From an uncultured archaeon (lineage in GTDB: Archaea > Asgardarchaeota > Lokiarchaeia > Sigyniarchaeales > Promethearchaeaceae), in contig CAYRPF010000018.1 of assembly GCA_964426185.1 (NCBI GenBank), positions 10,442-42,441 on the forward strand: a stretch of DNA of 32,000 nucleotides. Direction: 5' to 3'. Both the position numbers and the translations under genes were made by a program. Positions 17,991 to 27,477 of this stretch are shown here, piece after piece. The notes beneath the pieces are model-generated. The model was not told where the DNA came from. It saw only the letters and a program-made list of their open reading frames with translations, and did no database searches. Numbering within the stretch: the first letter of the stretch is position 1; the number at the start of each line of letters is the position of its first letter.

Positions 17991-18948
17991 TTGCCAGCTT
18001 TGCAAGCATAGCATTTAATTGAATCTCCTCAGTCGCCCCTTGAGATAACCTAAATTCGAATTCTGCCAGTAATTTTAAAATATCCACCTTAGCCCGTTCA
18101 GAAATATCCAAATTAAAAACTTCTTGGTGGCACTGCTTGATAATATTTCTGCCAGAAAGCCCATATTGTTTAAATAATACATCTAATTTCCTACGCGCCA
18201 CCGTATATTCGCCCGCAAGTGCGGCTTTCAGTAAATGCTGGATCTCTTGAGGATTGATCTTGCCGGTAATGCGATATATGATTTCTTCTGTAATTTTTTC
18301 ACCTAAACTGGCCGCTGCTTGCAAATAGTTGACCGCCCGTCTGAGATCGCCGTTAACCACATAAATTAAGGCCTCAATTGCTTCGGGCTCAATTTGAACG
18401 TTCTCACCTTTTGCGATATATTCAACCCTTTCCACTATCTCTTCTTTTGAGAGTGGGGCAAATCTAAACATGCTGGTTCTGCTTTGAATGGGAAGAATGA
18501 TCTTATTGGAATAATTACAGATCAAGATAAAACGGCAGTTTTGTGTATATTTTTCCATGGTTCGCCGCAAAGCTTGTTGAGCATCTGGTGTGGTCGAATC
18601 TGCTTCATCCAATACTAATATTTTAAAGGGAACTCCTTCAGGAGGTTGAGTTTTTGCAAAATCTTTCACATCTGTGCGTATTACACCTATTCCTCTCGCA
18701 TCACTGGCATTCAATTCTAAATAAGTGGAATTTCGCTTCATTTTTGAGCCAAAAATATCACGTATTAGCGCTAATGCACAAGTTGTTTTACCTGTTCCAG
18801 CAGGTCCCGCAAACATCAAATGTGGCATTGATTTCCCTGAAGGACCAGTAAATACTTGTAATCTCTTTACAATTTCGGTTTGACCAACCACATCTCTTAA
18901 ATGTCGTGGACGATATTTCTCCACCCATGGTTCCTGATTTATCGTCAT
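17977..18948 (-). CDS. rfcS: Replication factor C small subunit
   Basis: PWVEKYRP, GPAGTGKT, ELNASDARG, LDEAD, QQALRRTME; 14-nt convergent overlap with truA. Confidence 0.97.
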   Translation of the reverse strand: MTINQEPWVEKYRPRHLRDVVGQTEIVKRLQVFTGPSGKSMPHLMFAGPAGTGKTTCALALIRDIFGSKMKRNSTYLELNASDARGIGVIRTDVKDFAKTQPPEGVPFKILVLDEADSTTPDAQQALRRTMEKYTQNCRFILICNYSNKIILPIQSRTSMFRFAPLSKEEIVERVEYIAKGENVQIEPEAIEALIYVVNGDLRRAVNYLQAAASLGEKITEEIIYRITGKINPQEIQHLLKAALAGEYTVARRKLDVLFKQYGLSGRNIIKQCHQEVFNLDISERAKVDILKLLAEFEFRLSQGATEEIQLNAMLAKLAIIDL

Positions 18949-19288
18949 GTTATTTTTTCCTGAATGAGCGATTAAGTGATTAAAATTGGAGGTGATTCCA
19001 TTAAAATTTAAGTACTGTTGATTTAATAAAAATTATTTCTTAGTTTGAGCTAATAACCTATAAAATATTAATTATTCCCAAATTTGCAAAATGTTTAGGA
19101 AATGTTAAAACTTCTTTATCAAGATTAATTTTTACAAATTGGTAAGTTTTGTTTCCCGTTTTGCTTTATTTTATCTGAAACATTACCGGGAAGTATAAAA
19201 AACTAAATAAAGATCGATACATTTATAAGATTGTATAGTTCAAATATATTGTTAAGTAACTTATTAATCATAAGTGAGTTTTCCTTTT

Positions 19289-19846
19289 ATGAGCACCATT
19301 ACGAAATTAGATGATATCGATAAAGCCATCATTAATATGCTCCAAAAAGATCCATCTATTACACATTCTCAAATAGCTAAAAAGTTGGATCGAAGCCAAC
19401 CTGCCATCGGAGCTAGAATTAAAAAATTAAATGAAAATGGGATTTTAGCCACTCAAATTGGTGTGGATTTTTCTAATCCCGATGTAAATTCAGTATTAAA
19501 TTTGGTAAAAGTTGAGCTAACCACCTCTAACCCAGAAGATGTTTTTGCTCTTTCTAAAGTCTGCCCTTATATTATTAATGCCTTGAAAACTAGCGGAGAA
19601 TATAATGTTTTGATGTTCATGGCATGTTCTAGTCTAAAAAGATTGGATACCATATTGGATAGACATTTCAGAAATAAGGAATATGTGAGAAAAATTCAAA
19701 TGGATTTAATCACAAGTTATGCTCATCCCTTTATTCTTCCAGTGGATTTCATGTCTGAAAATTTTGAAAATCCTGATGATCCTTGTAAAATTACAACATG
19801 TCCTTACTGTGAAACTTTGCTTTCCAAAGAAAAAGACAAGAAGTGA
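19289..19846 (+). CDS. Lrp/AsnC family transcriptional regulator with Cys-rich C-tail
   Basis: LDDIDKAII..SQPAIGARIKKL HTH, SGEYNV RAM domain, tail CKITTCPYC. ATG 19289 preferred over GTG 19274. Confidence 0.88.
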   Translation: MSTITKLDDIDKAIINMLQKDPSITHSQIAKKLDRSQPAIGARIKKLNENGILATQIGVDFSNPDVNSVLNLVKVELTTSNPEDVFALSKVCPYIINALKTSGEYNVLMFMACSSLKRLDTILDRHFRNKEYVRKIQMDLITSYAHPFILPVDFMSENFENPDDPCKITTCPYCETLLSKEKDKK

Positions 19847-19994
19847 AAATTTGAAATTTAAAAGAATCCAACCTTATATATTTATGAAAAATAAAAGATT
19901 TATGGTTGATTATATCTATTTTAAAGGATTAGAGTTATATTAATCTGCTAAATTGTATAATTATAAAGCATTAGAATTTTGGATTGGTAATATA

Positions 19995-20540
19995 ATGAAA
20001 TATGATGATATTTTAGAAATTGATGAAACAGACAAAGAAATAATATCGATCTTACAAAAAAATCCTGACACAACTCATTCGGTTATTGCAGAAAAGGTTC
20101 ACAAATCGCAACCGGCGGTTGGGGCACGAATTATTAAATTGAAGAGAAAATTCCTTTTAACCGAAACAATTGGTGCCAATTTTAAGAAATTAGACTTAAA
20201 ATTAGCTCGGGTCGAAATTTCTGCTAAAAATGTTGAAGAATTATGGAACAAATTTGAAAAATGCCCCTATGTGATTAATTGCTTTAAAATGACAGGTATT
20301 TTTAATTTGATGATCGAATTAGTGGCTCCAAATGTCAGAACAATTGATAATTTCGTTGATACATGCCTTCGCAAGGATCCTATAATAAAAGATATTCGGG
20401 TGAATTTTGTGATCGACTCATTGCGGCAGTATGTAATTCCTTTAAACTTTGAAATTGAAAAGTATGAAGAACATGGTTGTAATTTTGAATGTGGTGGGAA
20501 ATTGTATAAAAAAGATCTGAATGAACTGTTAAACTCATAA
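19995..20540 (+). CDS. Lrp/AsnC family transcriptional regulator (paralog of upstream gene)
   Basis: IDETDKEII..SQPAVGARIIKL HTH, CPYVINC, TGIFNL, tail CNFEC. ATG 19995 preferred. Confidence 0.88.
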   Translation: MKYDDILEIDETDKEIISILQKNPDTTHSVIAEKVHKSQPAVGARIIKLKRKFLLTETIGANFKKLDLKLARVEISAKNVEELWNKFEKCPYVINCFKMTGIFNLMIELVAPNVRTIDNFVDTCLRKDPIIKDIRVNFVIDSLRQYVIPLNFEIEKYEEHGCNFECGGKLYKKDLNELLNS

Positions 20541-20594
20541 ATAACTTTTTTATTGATTTCAATTGAGTATGGAAAACAATCATTTATATATTCA

Positions 20595-22040
20595 TCAGAA
20601 CTTGGGGAATACATAAATAATGAATGCAAGATATGCGATTCCCAATAGAATATGGAATAATGCAAATAAACCTCCAATTTTTACAAGCCTTTTATAATTT
20701 ACATCATCCACATGGTAGTAGGTGGAAAGTTCTAAGGTCATCATATCGGCGGCAGATCCTTGAGGTAGGAAATTTCCTCCCAAGTTTATTCCCAAAACAA
20801 AAGCTATCAAAATTGGTGTAGCTGAAAAACCAGTTTCACTGATAAGAATACGAATTATGGGAAGAAAAATAATGGTTACAGGGGCATTATCTAGAAATCC
20901 CGAAAGTAAAGATGAGAAAAATAATACAACTAAGGAAGTAAGAAAAATGTTATTTACTACTAGCTTCTCTATTAAATCTTCTAATAATGCAACCGTTCCA
21001 TTGAATTCCATTAAGAATACTAATATAAAAAGGCACATAAAGAAATAAATTAATTTATAATCCACTTTTCGTAAGTATTTTGATAGAGATGGACGAAATT
21101 TTCCTTTTTTATCTTTTTGCACATTAAGAAAAATAAAAATTAGCATACTCAGCAAACCTGCTACATGTATTTGTGGGATAAATAACAAAAGAATAATAAA
21201 AATTACCAATCCAACGCTATTTTTAATCAAGGAATTCCGCTTTAACACCTTTTCATTCAAATTGCCTTCTATAGCTTCTAAAGAAATCGGGGGGGAAAGG
21301 TGAACGGGAAAATTTTCTTTTTCTTCTTGCATTTGAGTTAATTCAGAAATATTTTTGGGTAGTTCATTAAATTCGTCTATTTCTTCACTTTTTGGGATCC
21401 ATTTTTGATCAATTGATTTTCGTAAAACAAAGAAATCCAACAAAACTAAAGTTAATAATATGGTAAAAATGAAGTACATCCCGAAATTTAATAAAAAGAA
21501 TCGAAAAGATAGCTGAAATTCATGAGCAATCATAATATTTTCTGCAGATCCAAATGGCGTGAGTGTTGATGCTAAATTTATACAAATTGTCATACCGTAA
21601 AGAAAAGGTGCAGGATTTGTTTTTAATTCTTGACATGTAAGGATTATAATGGGAATAAAAATGATGGCAATAGATAGATCTTCAAGAATAGATGCTAAAA
21701 GAGTAGATATAATGCACAATATGTAAAACATTATTCTAATATTTTTGCGAAATCGTTTTATGATAAATTGTGCTATTGCATAAAAAATATGAGCTTCATT
21801 GAGAATCTCCACAATTGTAAACATGGAAATCAAGAAAAGAATAACTTGCCAATCGATTCCACCAATATAATCTTCCAATGTAGGTGGATTTTCCATATCA
21901 AACGACGTAATTATGGTAGATATCATTAAAAATAGCACAGAAAACGTCAAGTAATCCTGCTCATCGAAGAATAATACAAAGATTAGCGCCACAAAACATA
22001 TTAAAACGGTGATTTGAGATAATGGATGAAGAAAGGGCAT
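20595..22040 (-). CDS. ArsB/NhaD (SLC13-like) ion transporter
   Basis: About 11-12 TM segments in two halves; TLTPFGSAEN, SGFLDNAP and NLGGNFLPQGSAA motifs. Confidence 0.87.
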   Translation of the reverse strand: MPFLHPLSQITVLICFVALIFVLFFDEQDYLTFSVLFLMISTIITSFDMENPPTLEDYIGGIDWQVILFLISMFTIVEILNEAHIFYAIAQFIIKRFRKNIRIMFYILCIISTLLASILEDLSIAIIFIPIIILTCQELKTNPAPFLYGMTICINLASTLTPFGSAENIMIAHEFQLSFRFFLLNFGMYFIFTILLTLVLLDFFVLRKSIDQKWIPKSEEIDEFNELPKNISELTQMQEEKENFPVHLSPPISLEAIEGNLNEKVLKRNSLIKNSVGLVIFIILLLFIPQIHVAGLLSMLIFIFLNVQKDKKGKFRPSLSKYLRKVDYKLIYFFMCLFILVFLMEFNGTVALLEDLIEKLVVNNIFLTSLVVLFFSSLLSGFLDNAPVTIIFLPIIRILISETGFSATPILIAFVLGINLGGNFLPQGSAADMMTLELSTYYHVDDVNYKRLVKIGGLFALFHILLGIAYLAFIIYVFPKF

Positions 22041-22114
22041 AAATATTAAAAATTTTTGAGCTAATTAATATTATTGGCTTTACTTTCAAAGCATAATCGG
22101 GGCATAATTAATTC

Positions 22115-24679
22115 ATGAGAAAAAACTATTGGGTGCAGATCTACGTACTATTTTTATTTTACATTGCTTTTTCAAGCCAGATATTCATCTCCAGTTCTGG
22201 TTATTCTAATTCTTTAAATGAAAATAGTTCAAATCATGTTTTAATTGTTCCTATGGTGGACTATACTCTTGAAAATGAATTAAACTTCAATTTTACGGTT
22301 CAAGAAAGAATTTCAAGGCAAGATTCATGGTATCACAACCAGCAGAGTGCTTCGATTGAAATTCCGGAAAATTACTCTCGCGTTTTATCCGAATTTGTGG
22401 TGCAAGTCCGAAACGAATCTATTTATAAACCCGAAACGAATACAAACATTTCAACTTACTTACCGAACAATCAGCGTTATGCTCAGATGGTTTATATTCC
22501 TGAAGAAATGGATTTAACCGGTATTTCACTTTATTTAACAAAGAAAAATAACCCTACAGATTTCATTTTTGAACTTAGATCGGAAAATCTAACGGGAAAG
22601 TTGATTTTCAGACAATTATATGCTTTTAGTGGTAATTATGAAGGTTGGTATGATTTTCAATTGAATGATTATGTTCATCTTCCAAATAATAATTTAATAT
22701 TCATTATAGAAGCTCAATCAGGTCAAAATTACAAAAAACTTTTCCGAAGTCCATCGGGGGAGAATGTATCGAAAACTTGGTATTACGATGGAACGTGGAA
22801 TATAGCAGATTATGATATACCTTTAAAGTTAAATGTAACGAAATTTGTATCACCTGAGTCTGTGGACTTAAGAATTGACAATATTCCTGTTGTAAGCGTG
22901 GGTAATAATTTGGGAAAGGCTTTTATTGAAAAAATAGTTTTCGAAAATTTGGTTAATTTGACCTTTAATTCAAATGCTTCAGTTAACATTTCTTATTCTG
23001 TGAATTCCACTTTTATTGATGAAAAATCCCTCTCTTATAAAATAATTCAAGAAGGGAATTTTTTCAAATGGAATTTGACTATAAACCCGCAGAACCATTC
23101 ATATCCTTATACAGATTATCAGATCTACATTGAGGGGTTGAAATCCGATTATTCCAATTTTGCGGCGTGGAATGATAACTACATTGTGGATTTTCAAATT
23201 CTTGCTAACAACATAGTCTTTTCTAACTTTCCCATTACGATGTTTTCTTTTACCAGCATAAATTACCTGGAAACCATAAATATTCCAGATTATTCCGCTA
23301 ATGGGGATGAAATACAAATAAATGCCACCAGCAGAGCCGTTGGAAATATTTCTTTAAATATTTATGCTGATTCTTCTCAAAATACCCCAATTTTTCAAGA
23401 TAATCGTAGCTTTCAAAACAGAGTTAGTTTTCTCTTTACTATTCCCATTAGTACTTCTAGCGAATATCTTGAGATTGAGTTAATTTATTTTGGAAATAAT
23501 GAATTTGGATATCTTAAGGTTCCTTTAAGCGTTTTTCAAAAAATGGAGATTTTATCCACCGATTATAGGGTTAAAACTTTTGAAATGTTAAATATAATTT
23601 GTCAAACTCGAGATTATTATAACCATAATGCAGTTACTGAATGCAAAGTTCATCTCCATCTGGAAAATCTCGACATTCCCATGAACCACACTGAAAATGG
23701 TTTTTATAAAGTTTCATTAGACCTTAATCAATTAAATCTGCCAGCGGGAGCATATAACGCAATAATCAATGTTCAAGATGAGTATTTTATCTCAAATCAA
23801 TCTGAAATTGTAATAAATGTGGAAAAAAGAGATGCCACTATTAGGATTATAAAGGAACGCAGTACCATCCATCCAGGTAAATCAATAAATTGGAAGATCC
23901 AACTTTTTGACAATGAAACTCAAAAATTCTTGCTCAGAACAGTAAAAATAAATACTCAAGTGACTGCAATGGATGGACATAATCAAAGCGGTGTATTGGA
24001 TTATCAATCCATCGAAGAGGTAAGTCAAGAAGTAGATTTAACTTTAGATATTCCCAAAACTGCTGAGCCCGGTGCCTATCAACTTCAAGTGGAAATTATT
24101 AGTGAATATTACTCCGGAATAAAAGTATTCCCTGAAATTGTTCAGGTTGTCAAACCAATTGGTTGGTATGTTTATATTTCAATTTCATTGGGATTGGTAG
24201 GAGGGGCGTCCATGCTTCTTTATTATTATCAAGAAAAGGTAAGACGGTCTTTGTTTGGTGTGCTTATACTTCATTCAAACGGATTACCTTTAGCCTATAA
24301 ACTTTCTGGGAATCTTTTAGAAAATGATGCAGTGTTAATCTCGGCGGCTCTCACAGGAGTCATCTCCATCATGAAGGAAATTACCGGGTCAACCACAAGA
24401 ATCATTCAAATTGAAGGTGGTTATATAATAATCACAAAGATGGAAGATTATTGGGTGATTCTTTTTACAGCTAAATCTCCGATAATTATTCGCCCTATAA
24501 TTTTAAAATTTATCAAAGATCTCGACCAAAATTATGTACCGAGGGAAAAAATGAAGCATCCTCGTCCTTTTTATGTAGATTTTGACTCTCTTTGCCATCA
24601 ATATTTTCATTGCACCATTGATTTGAGAGAAGAATCAAATAGTAATTCCATTACTGATAGTGATAAGCAAAAAGAATAA
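22115..24679 (+). CDS. Single-pass surface glycoprotein-like protein with cytoplasmic longin/roadblock-like domain
   Basis: N-terminal signal peptide; beta-rich ectodomain with about 21 NxS/T sequons; TM at about aa 682-705; tail LILHSNGLPL..DAVLISAALTGVISIMKEI. Confidence 0.78.
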   Translation: MRKNYWVQIYVLFLFYIAFSSQIFISSSGYSNSLNENSSNHVLIVPMVDYTLENELNFNFTVQERISRQDSWYHNQQSASIEIPENYSRVLSEFVVQVRNESIYKPETNTNISTYLPNNQRYAQMVYIPEEMDLTGISLYLTKKNNPTDFIFELRSENLTGKLIFRQLYAFSGNYEGWYDFQLNDYVHLPNNNLIFIIEAQSGQNYKKLFRSPSGENVSKTWYYDGTWNIADYDIPLKLNVTKFVSPESVDLRIDNIPVVSVGNNLGKAFIEKIVFENLVNLTFNSNASVNISYSVNSTFIDEKSLSYKIIQEGNFFKWNLTINPQNHSYPYTDYQIYIEGLKSDYSNFAAWNDNYIVDFQILANNIVFSNFPITMFSFTSINYLETINIPDYSANGDEIQINATSRAVGNISLNIYADSSQNTPIFQDNRSFQNRVSFLFTIPISTSSEYLEIELIYFGNNEFGYLKVPLSVFQKMEILSTDYRVKTFEMLNIICQTRDYYNHNAVTECKVHLHLENLDIPMNHTENGFYKVSLDLNQLNLPAGAYNAIINVQDEYFISNQSEIVINVEKRDATIRIIKERSTIHPGKSINWKIQLFDNETQKFLLRTVKINTQVTAMDGHNQSGVLDYQSIEEVSQEVDLTLDIPKTAEPGAYQLQVEIISEYYSGIKVFPEIVQVVKPIGWYVYISISLGLVGGASMLLYYYQEKVRRSLFGVLILHSNGLPLAYKLSGNLLENDAVLISAALTGVISIMKEITGSTTRIIQIEGGYIIITKMEDYWVILFTAKSPIIIRPIILKFIKDLDQNYVPREKMKHPRPFYVDFDSLCHQYFHCTIDLREESNSNSITDSDKQKE

Positions 24680-24693
24680 AGTGATTCAATCAA

Positions 24694-25260
24694 TTAATAT
24701 TTGATTTTTTTACTGTTAACTTCGCAAGGTGATCGCTCACTATGCTTCATCCGGAGTTTCGCTTGATTTGTATGATAAACATCATGAATCTGGGAACGGA
24801 TAAATTTTATATGGTCCACAAAATCGATCTCTTGCTGCTGCAGATAGTAATCTAAGAGTTCTTCTAAAATCTTTTTCTTTTCCAAAAAATAAAACAGAAA
24901 ATGGATTGTCGCTGGAATTGGATATTGTAAGAATTTATTTCTTTTTCTCTTAGTCCGCATAAAAAGCCTAATTTGATCGATAAAAAGCCGAGTTTCATAT
25001 TCTAATATCTGAATAGCACTGATCTTCACTTCTCCTGAAGTATTTGAATCTGGGTTGATATAATCTTGAAATGCTTTTTCGATCCTTGAAGAAAAATAGT
25101 TTTCGATTCTTTGTAATTCATGCATGCTTCGTTGGTAATCTTCCCGGTTTTTGGTTCGAAAGCTCTTCATTGTAAATTCTAATAATTTGGGTAATAATTG
25201 ATGAAATTTTTCTGAGGAGATTTCGCTCAAATCTGCGGGAAACATAAAATTCAACAACAA
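24694..25260 (-). CDS. Hypothetical all-helical protein
   Basis: 188-aa ORF filling the gap; no motif recognised; start uncertain. Confidence 0.6.
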   Translation of the reverse strand: MLLNFMFPADLSEISSEKFHQLLPKLLEFTMKSFRTKNREDYQRSMHELQRIENYFSSRIEKAFQDYINPDSNTSGEVKISAIQILEYETRLFIDQIRLFMRTKRKRNKFLQYPIPATIHFLFYFLEKKKILEELLDYYLQQQEIDFVDHIKFIRSQIHDVYHTNQAKLRMKHSERSPCEVNSKKIKY

Positions 25261-25376
25261 CTATAAATTGTTTAAATAATTAAATTACTTATTAATCTTT
25301 CCCATTTATATCTTATTAATATAGTATTGTTTTTCCTCCGAAAATGGGGAAATTCAGAGGAAAAATAAAGCTTTTG

Positions 25377-26612
25377 TTAACGTTTTAAAAAAAGTTCTTT
25401 TTTCAATTGTTCTTCATCGATTTCTAGCCCTAAATTTTGTAGAAAAAATCTATCACTTCCTGAAATCGAATTCGAAGGACCCATTATAATTCCACCTTGC
25501 AATTTTTTTTCTTCTATAAGAACTTTTTTACTGATAAATTTCTCTGCATCCGTATTTTCGATAATAATTTTGCCGTCAGAAAGATTTTCAGTTGAAAGGA
25601 GTTTTCCAAAACAGCTTAAGTTTAATCCAGCTACCTTCAAACGAGTACTCCAAAAAGTCCCCTGATATGGGTCTTGTTCAATATTAATTATACTTTTTGC
25701 AGCAATTTTGGCTTGTTCTAAACATGCTGGGATAATTCCCCAAATTGAACCGTTAAATTGGATGCAGTCCCCTGCAGCATAAATGTCTTCTTCGCTGGTT
25801 TGCATAAAATCATTAACAACAATCCCACGTTCAACTTTCAGTCCTGCGTTTTCAGCTAACTTGGTTTTAGGAATTATCCCCATTTGTTGAAGCACCATTT
25901 GACATGAAATTGTGTTACCAGATTCGAACTTTACCCCGGTGACGTGTTCTTCTCCTAAGATTTTCTCGGCTTTCTCCCCACATATAATCTGCAATCCCTT
26001 ATGTTCTAAATATTCCTTCAAAAGCTTTGCAGTACCGGAATCCAATTGTCGGGGTAATAAATAGGGTGCAATTTCGCATATCATTATTTTTAAGCCGAGT
26101 TCGCTTAGATTATAACCCAATTCGATACCGAGCAATCCTCCCCCCAGAATCATTAATTCTTTCACATCTTGAGAGCGGATATATCCTTTGATTTGTTCTG
26201 CATCTACTATACAACGAAGGGTGAAAACTCCTTTTACGTTGGGATTTCCAAAAGGTAGTCTACGGGGTTTACTTCCCGTTGCAATAACCAACTTATCATA
26301 ACTCATTATGCCGGTATCATCGGAATTAGAGAGGTGTTTTTGGAATCGAATTTCCTTCTCGCGAGAGTTTATTTCAATCACTTTCGAATTCAAATGAAGA
26401 AAAATGTTTTTTTTTTCATACCATTCAGGCTTTTTTAATATTAATTTTTCCAGTGAGCGTTTTTCTGCTATAAAATTCGGAAGAAATATTCTGGAGTAAA
26501 AAGGAAATGATTCTTCAGTGAATATATGAATCTGACGATCCTGATCCGATTTACGTATTTCCTCTGCTACTGTTTGACCTGCTACTCCATTTCCAATGAT
26601 AACAACGCGCAT
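25377..26612 (-). CDS. FAD-dependent NAD(P)H oxidoreductase (rubredoxin reductase/NirB-N-like)
   Basis: GNGVAG FAD motif, ATGS, GGGLLGIE NADH motif, IYAAGD. Confidence 0.9.
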   Translation of the reverse strand: MRVVIIGNGVAGQTVAEEIRKSDQDRQIHIFTEESFPFYSRIFLPNFIAEKRSLEKLILKKPEWYEKKNIFLHLNSKVIEINSREKEIRFQKHLSNSDDTGIMSYDKLVIATGSKPRRLPFGNPNVKGVFTLRCIVDAEQIKGYIRSQDVKELMILGGGLLGIELGYNLSELGLKIMICEIAPYLLPRQLDSGTAKLLKEYLEHKGLQIICGEKAEKILGEEHVTGVKFESGNTISCQMVLQQMGIIPKTKLAENAGLKVERGIVVNDFMQTSEEDIYAAGDCIQFNGSIWGIIPACLEQAKIAAKSIINIEQDPYQGTFWSTRLKVAGLNLSCFGKLLSTENLSDGKIIIENTDAEKFISKKVLIEEKKLQGGIIMGPSNSISGSDRFFLQNLGLEIDEEQLKKELFLKR

Positions 26613-26787
26613 GATCTATTCTGTGCTTAATTTATATGGCATTTAATTAAAATATCTTTATTTATTTTTATTATTGAATTTGCTAATCGAATTTCTTTTA
26701 ATCATGTTATAAAATATAAAGATATTACGTTTGAGGTGTTTAACCTAATACCCAAAATAATTTAAAAATCACTTACATAATTCAAAT

Positions 26788-27105
26788 ATGAGTTCAGAAA
26801 TACCATTCGTAGAAGAAAATGGAAAGGTAGATCATCAAGATATCACGGTATATGCTCTATCAACATGCGGTTTCTGCAGACGAGGGTTGCAATTCTTAAG
26901 GGATCGTCAAGTAAAATTCCGTTATGTATATGTGGATAAAATTCCATATGAAGTAAAGAATGACTTAAAGGTTAAACTCCAAGCGAAGTTTCAGAGAAGA
27001 GTTGCCTTTCCCTTTGTAGTGATTAACGACGAACGAGCACTGGTAGGCTTCGTCCAAAGAGAATGGGAAGAAATAATAAAGTTTAACATAAAGTGGGAAA
27101 AATGA
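26788..27105 (+). CDS. Glutaredoxin-family protein
   Basis: YALSTCGFC active site, AFP cis-Pro motif, LVGF. Confidence 0.88.
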   Translation: MSSEIPFVEENGKVDHQDITVYALSTCGFCRRGLQFLRDRQVKFRYVYVDKIPYEVKNDLKVKLQAKFQRRVAFPFVVINDERALVGFVQREWEEIIKFNIKWEK

Positions 27106-27422
27106 AAACCAAAGAACAAACTCGCAAATTTATGGAAATGGTGGCTAAAAAAAATGGCTGGCATTTGAATCGTGATGAAGAATTTTTAGATATGTTAGCC
27201 GATGGTTTAACCACTAATTACAACAGGTACGGCTATTACTCTTGTCCTTGTCGCGATGCGGATGGGGATAAGGAATTGGATAAAGATATAATTTGTCCGT
27301 GCGATTATTGCGTCCCCGATCAGAAAGAATACGGACATTGCTACTGTGGTCTTTTTTTAACCCCTGAATTTTATCTGAGTGGAAAGGAACCGGAAGCTAT
27401 ACCCGAACATCGGCCATTATAA
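27102..27422 (+). CDS. Ferredoxin-thioredoxin reductase catalytic-subunit family protein
   Basis: CPCR, ICPC and HCYCGLF motifs; ATGA overlap with the glutaredoxin stop. Confidence 0.92.
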   Translation: MKTKEQTRKFMEMVAKKNGWHLNRDEEFLDMLADGLTTNYNRYGYYSCPCRDADGDKELDKDIICPCDYCVPDQKEYGHCYCGLFLTPEFYLSGKEPEAIPEHRPL

Positions 27423-27477
27423 TCAATTTACTTTAATTGAACTAATTCTATCAATTTAACTAAAAAAAGTGAAAAAA

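Noticed and set aside
17977-18948. Intein in rfcS (a common archaeal insertion site)
   Set aside because: The protein is 323 aa with contiguous motifs and no insertion.
18988-18996. Perfect SD-like GGAGGTGAT on the + strand
   Set aside because: No start codon at a usable distance. It shows such motifs can occur without an ORF, a caveat for the 10-aa micropeptide call.
19844-19861. Selenocysteine-type TGA read-through of the first Lrp (or fusion of the two Lrp genes)
   Set aside because: An in-frame TAA follows within five codons; no convincing SECIS seen; the glutaredoxin and FTR use ordinary Cys codons.
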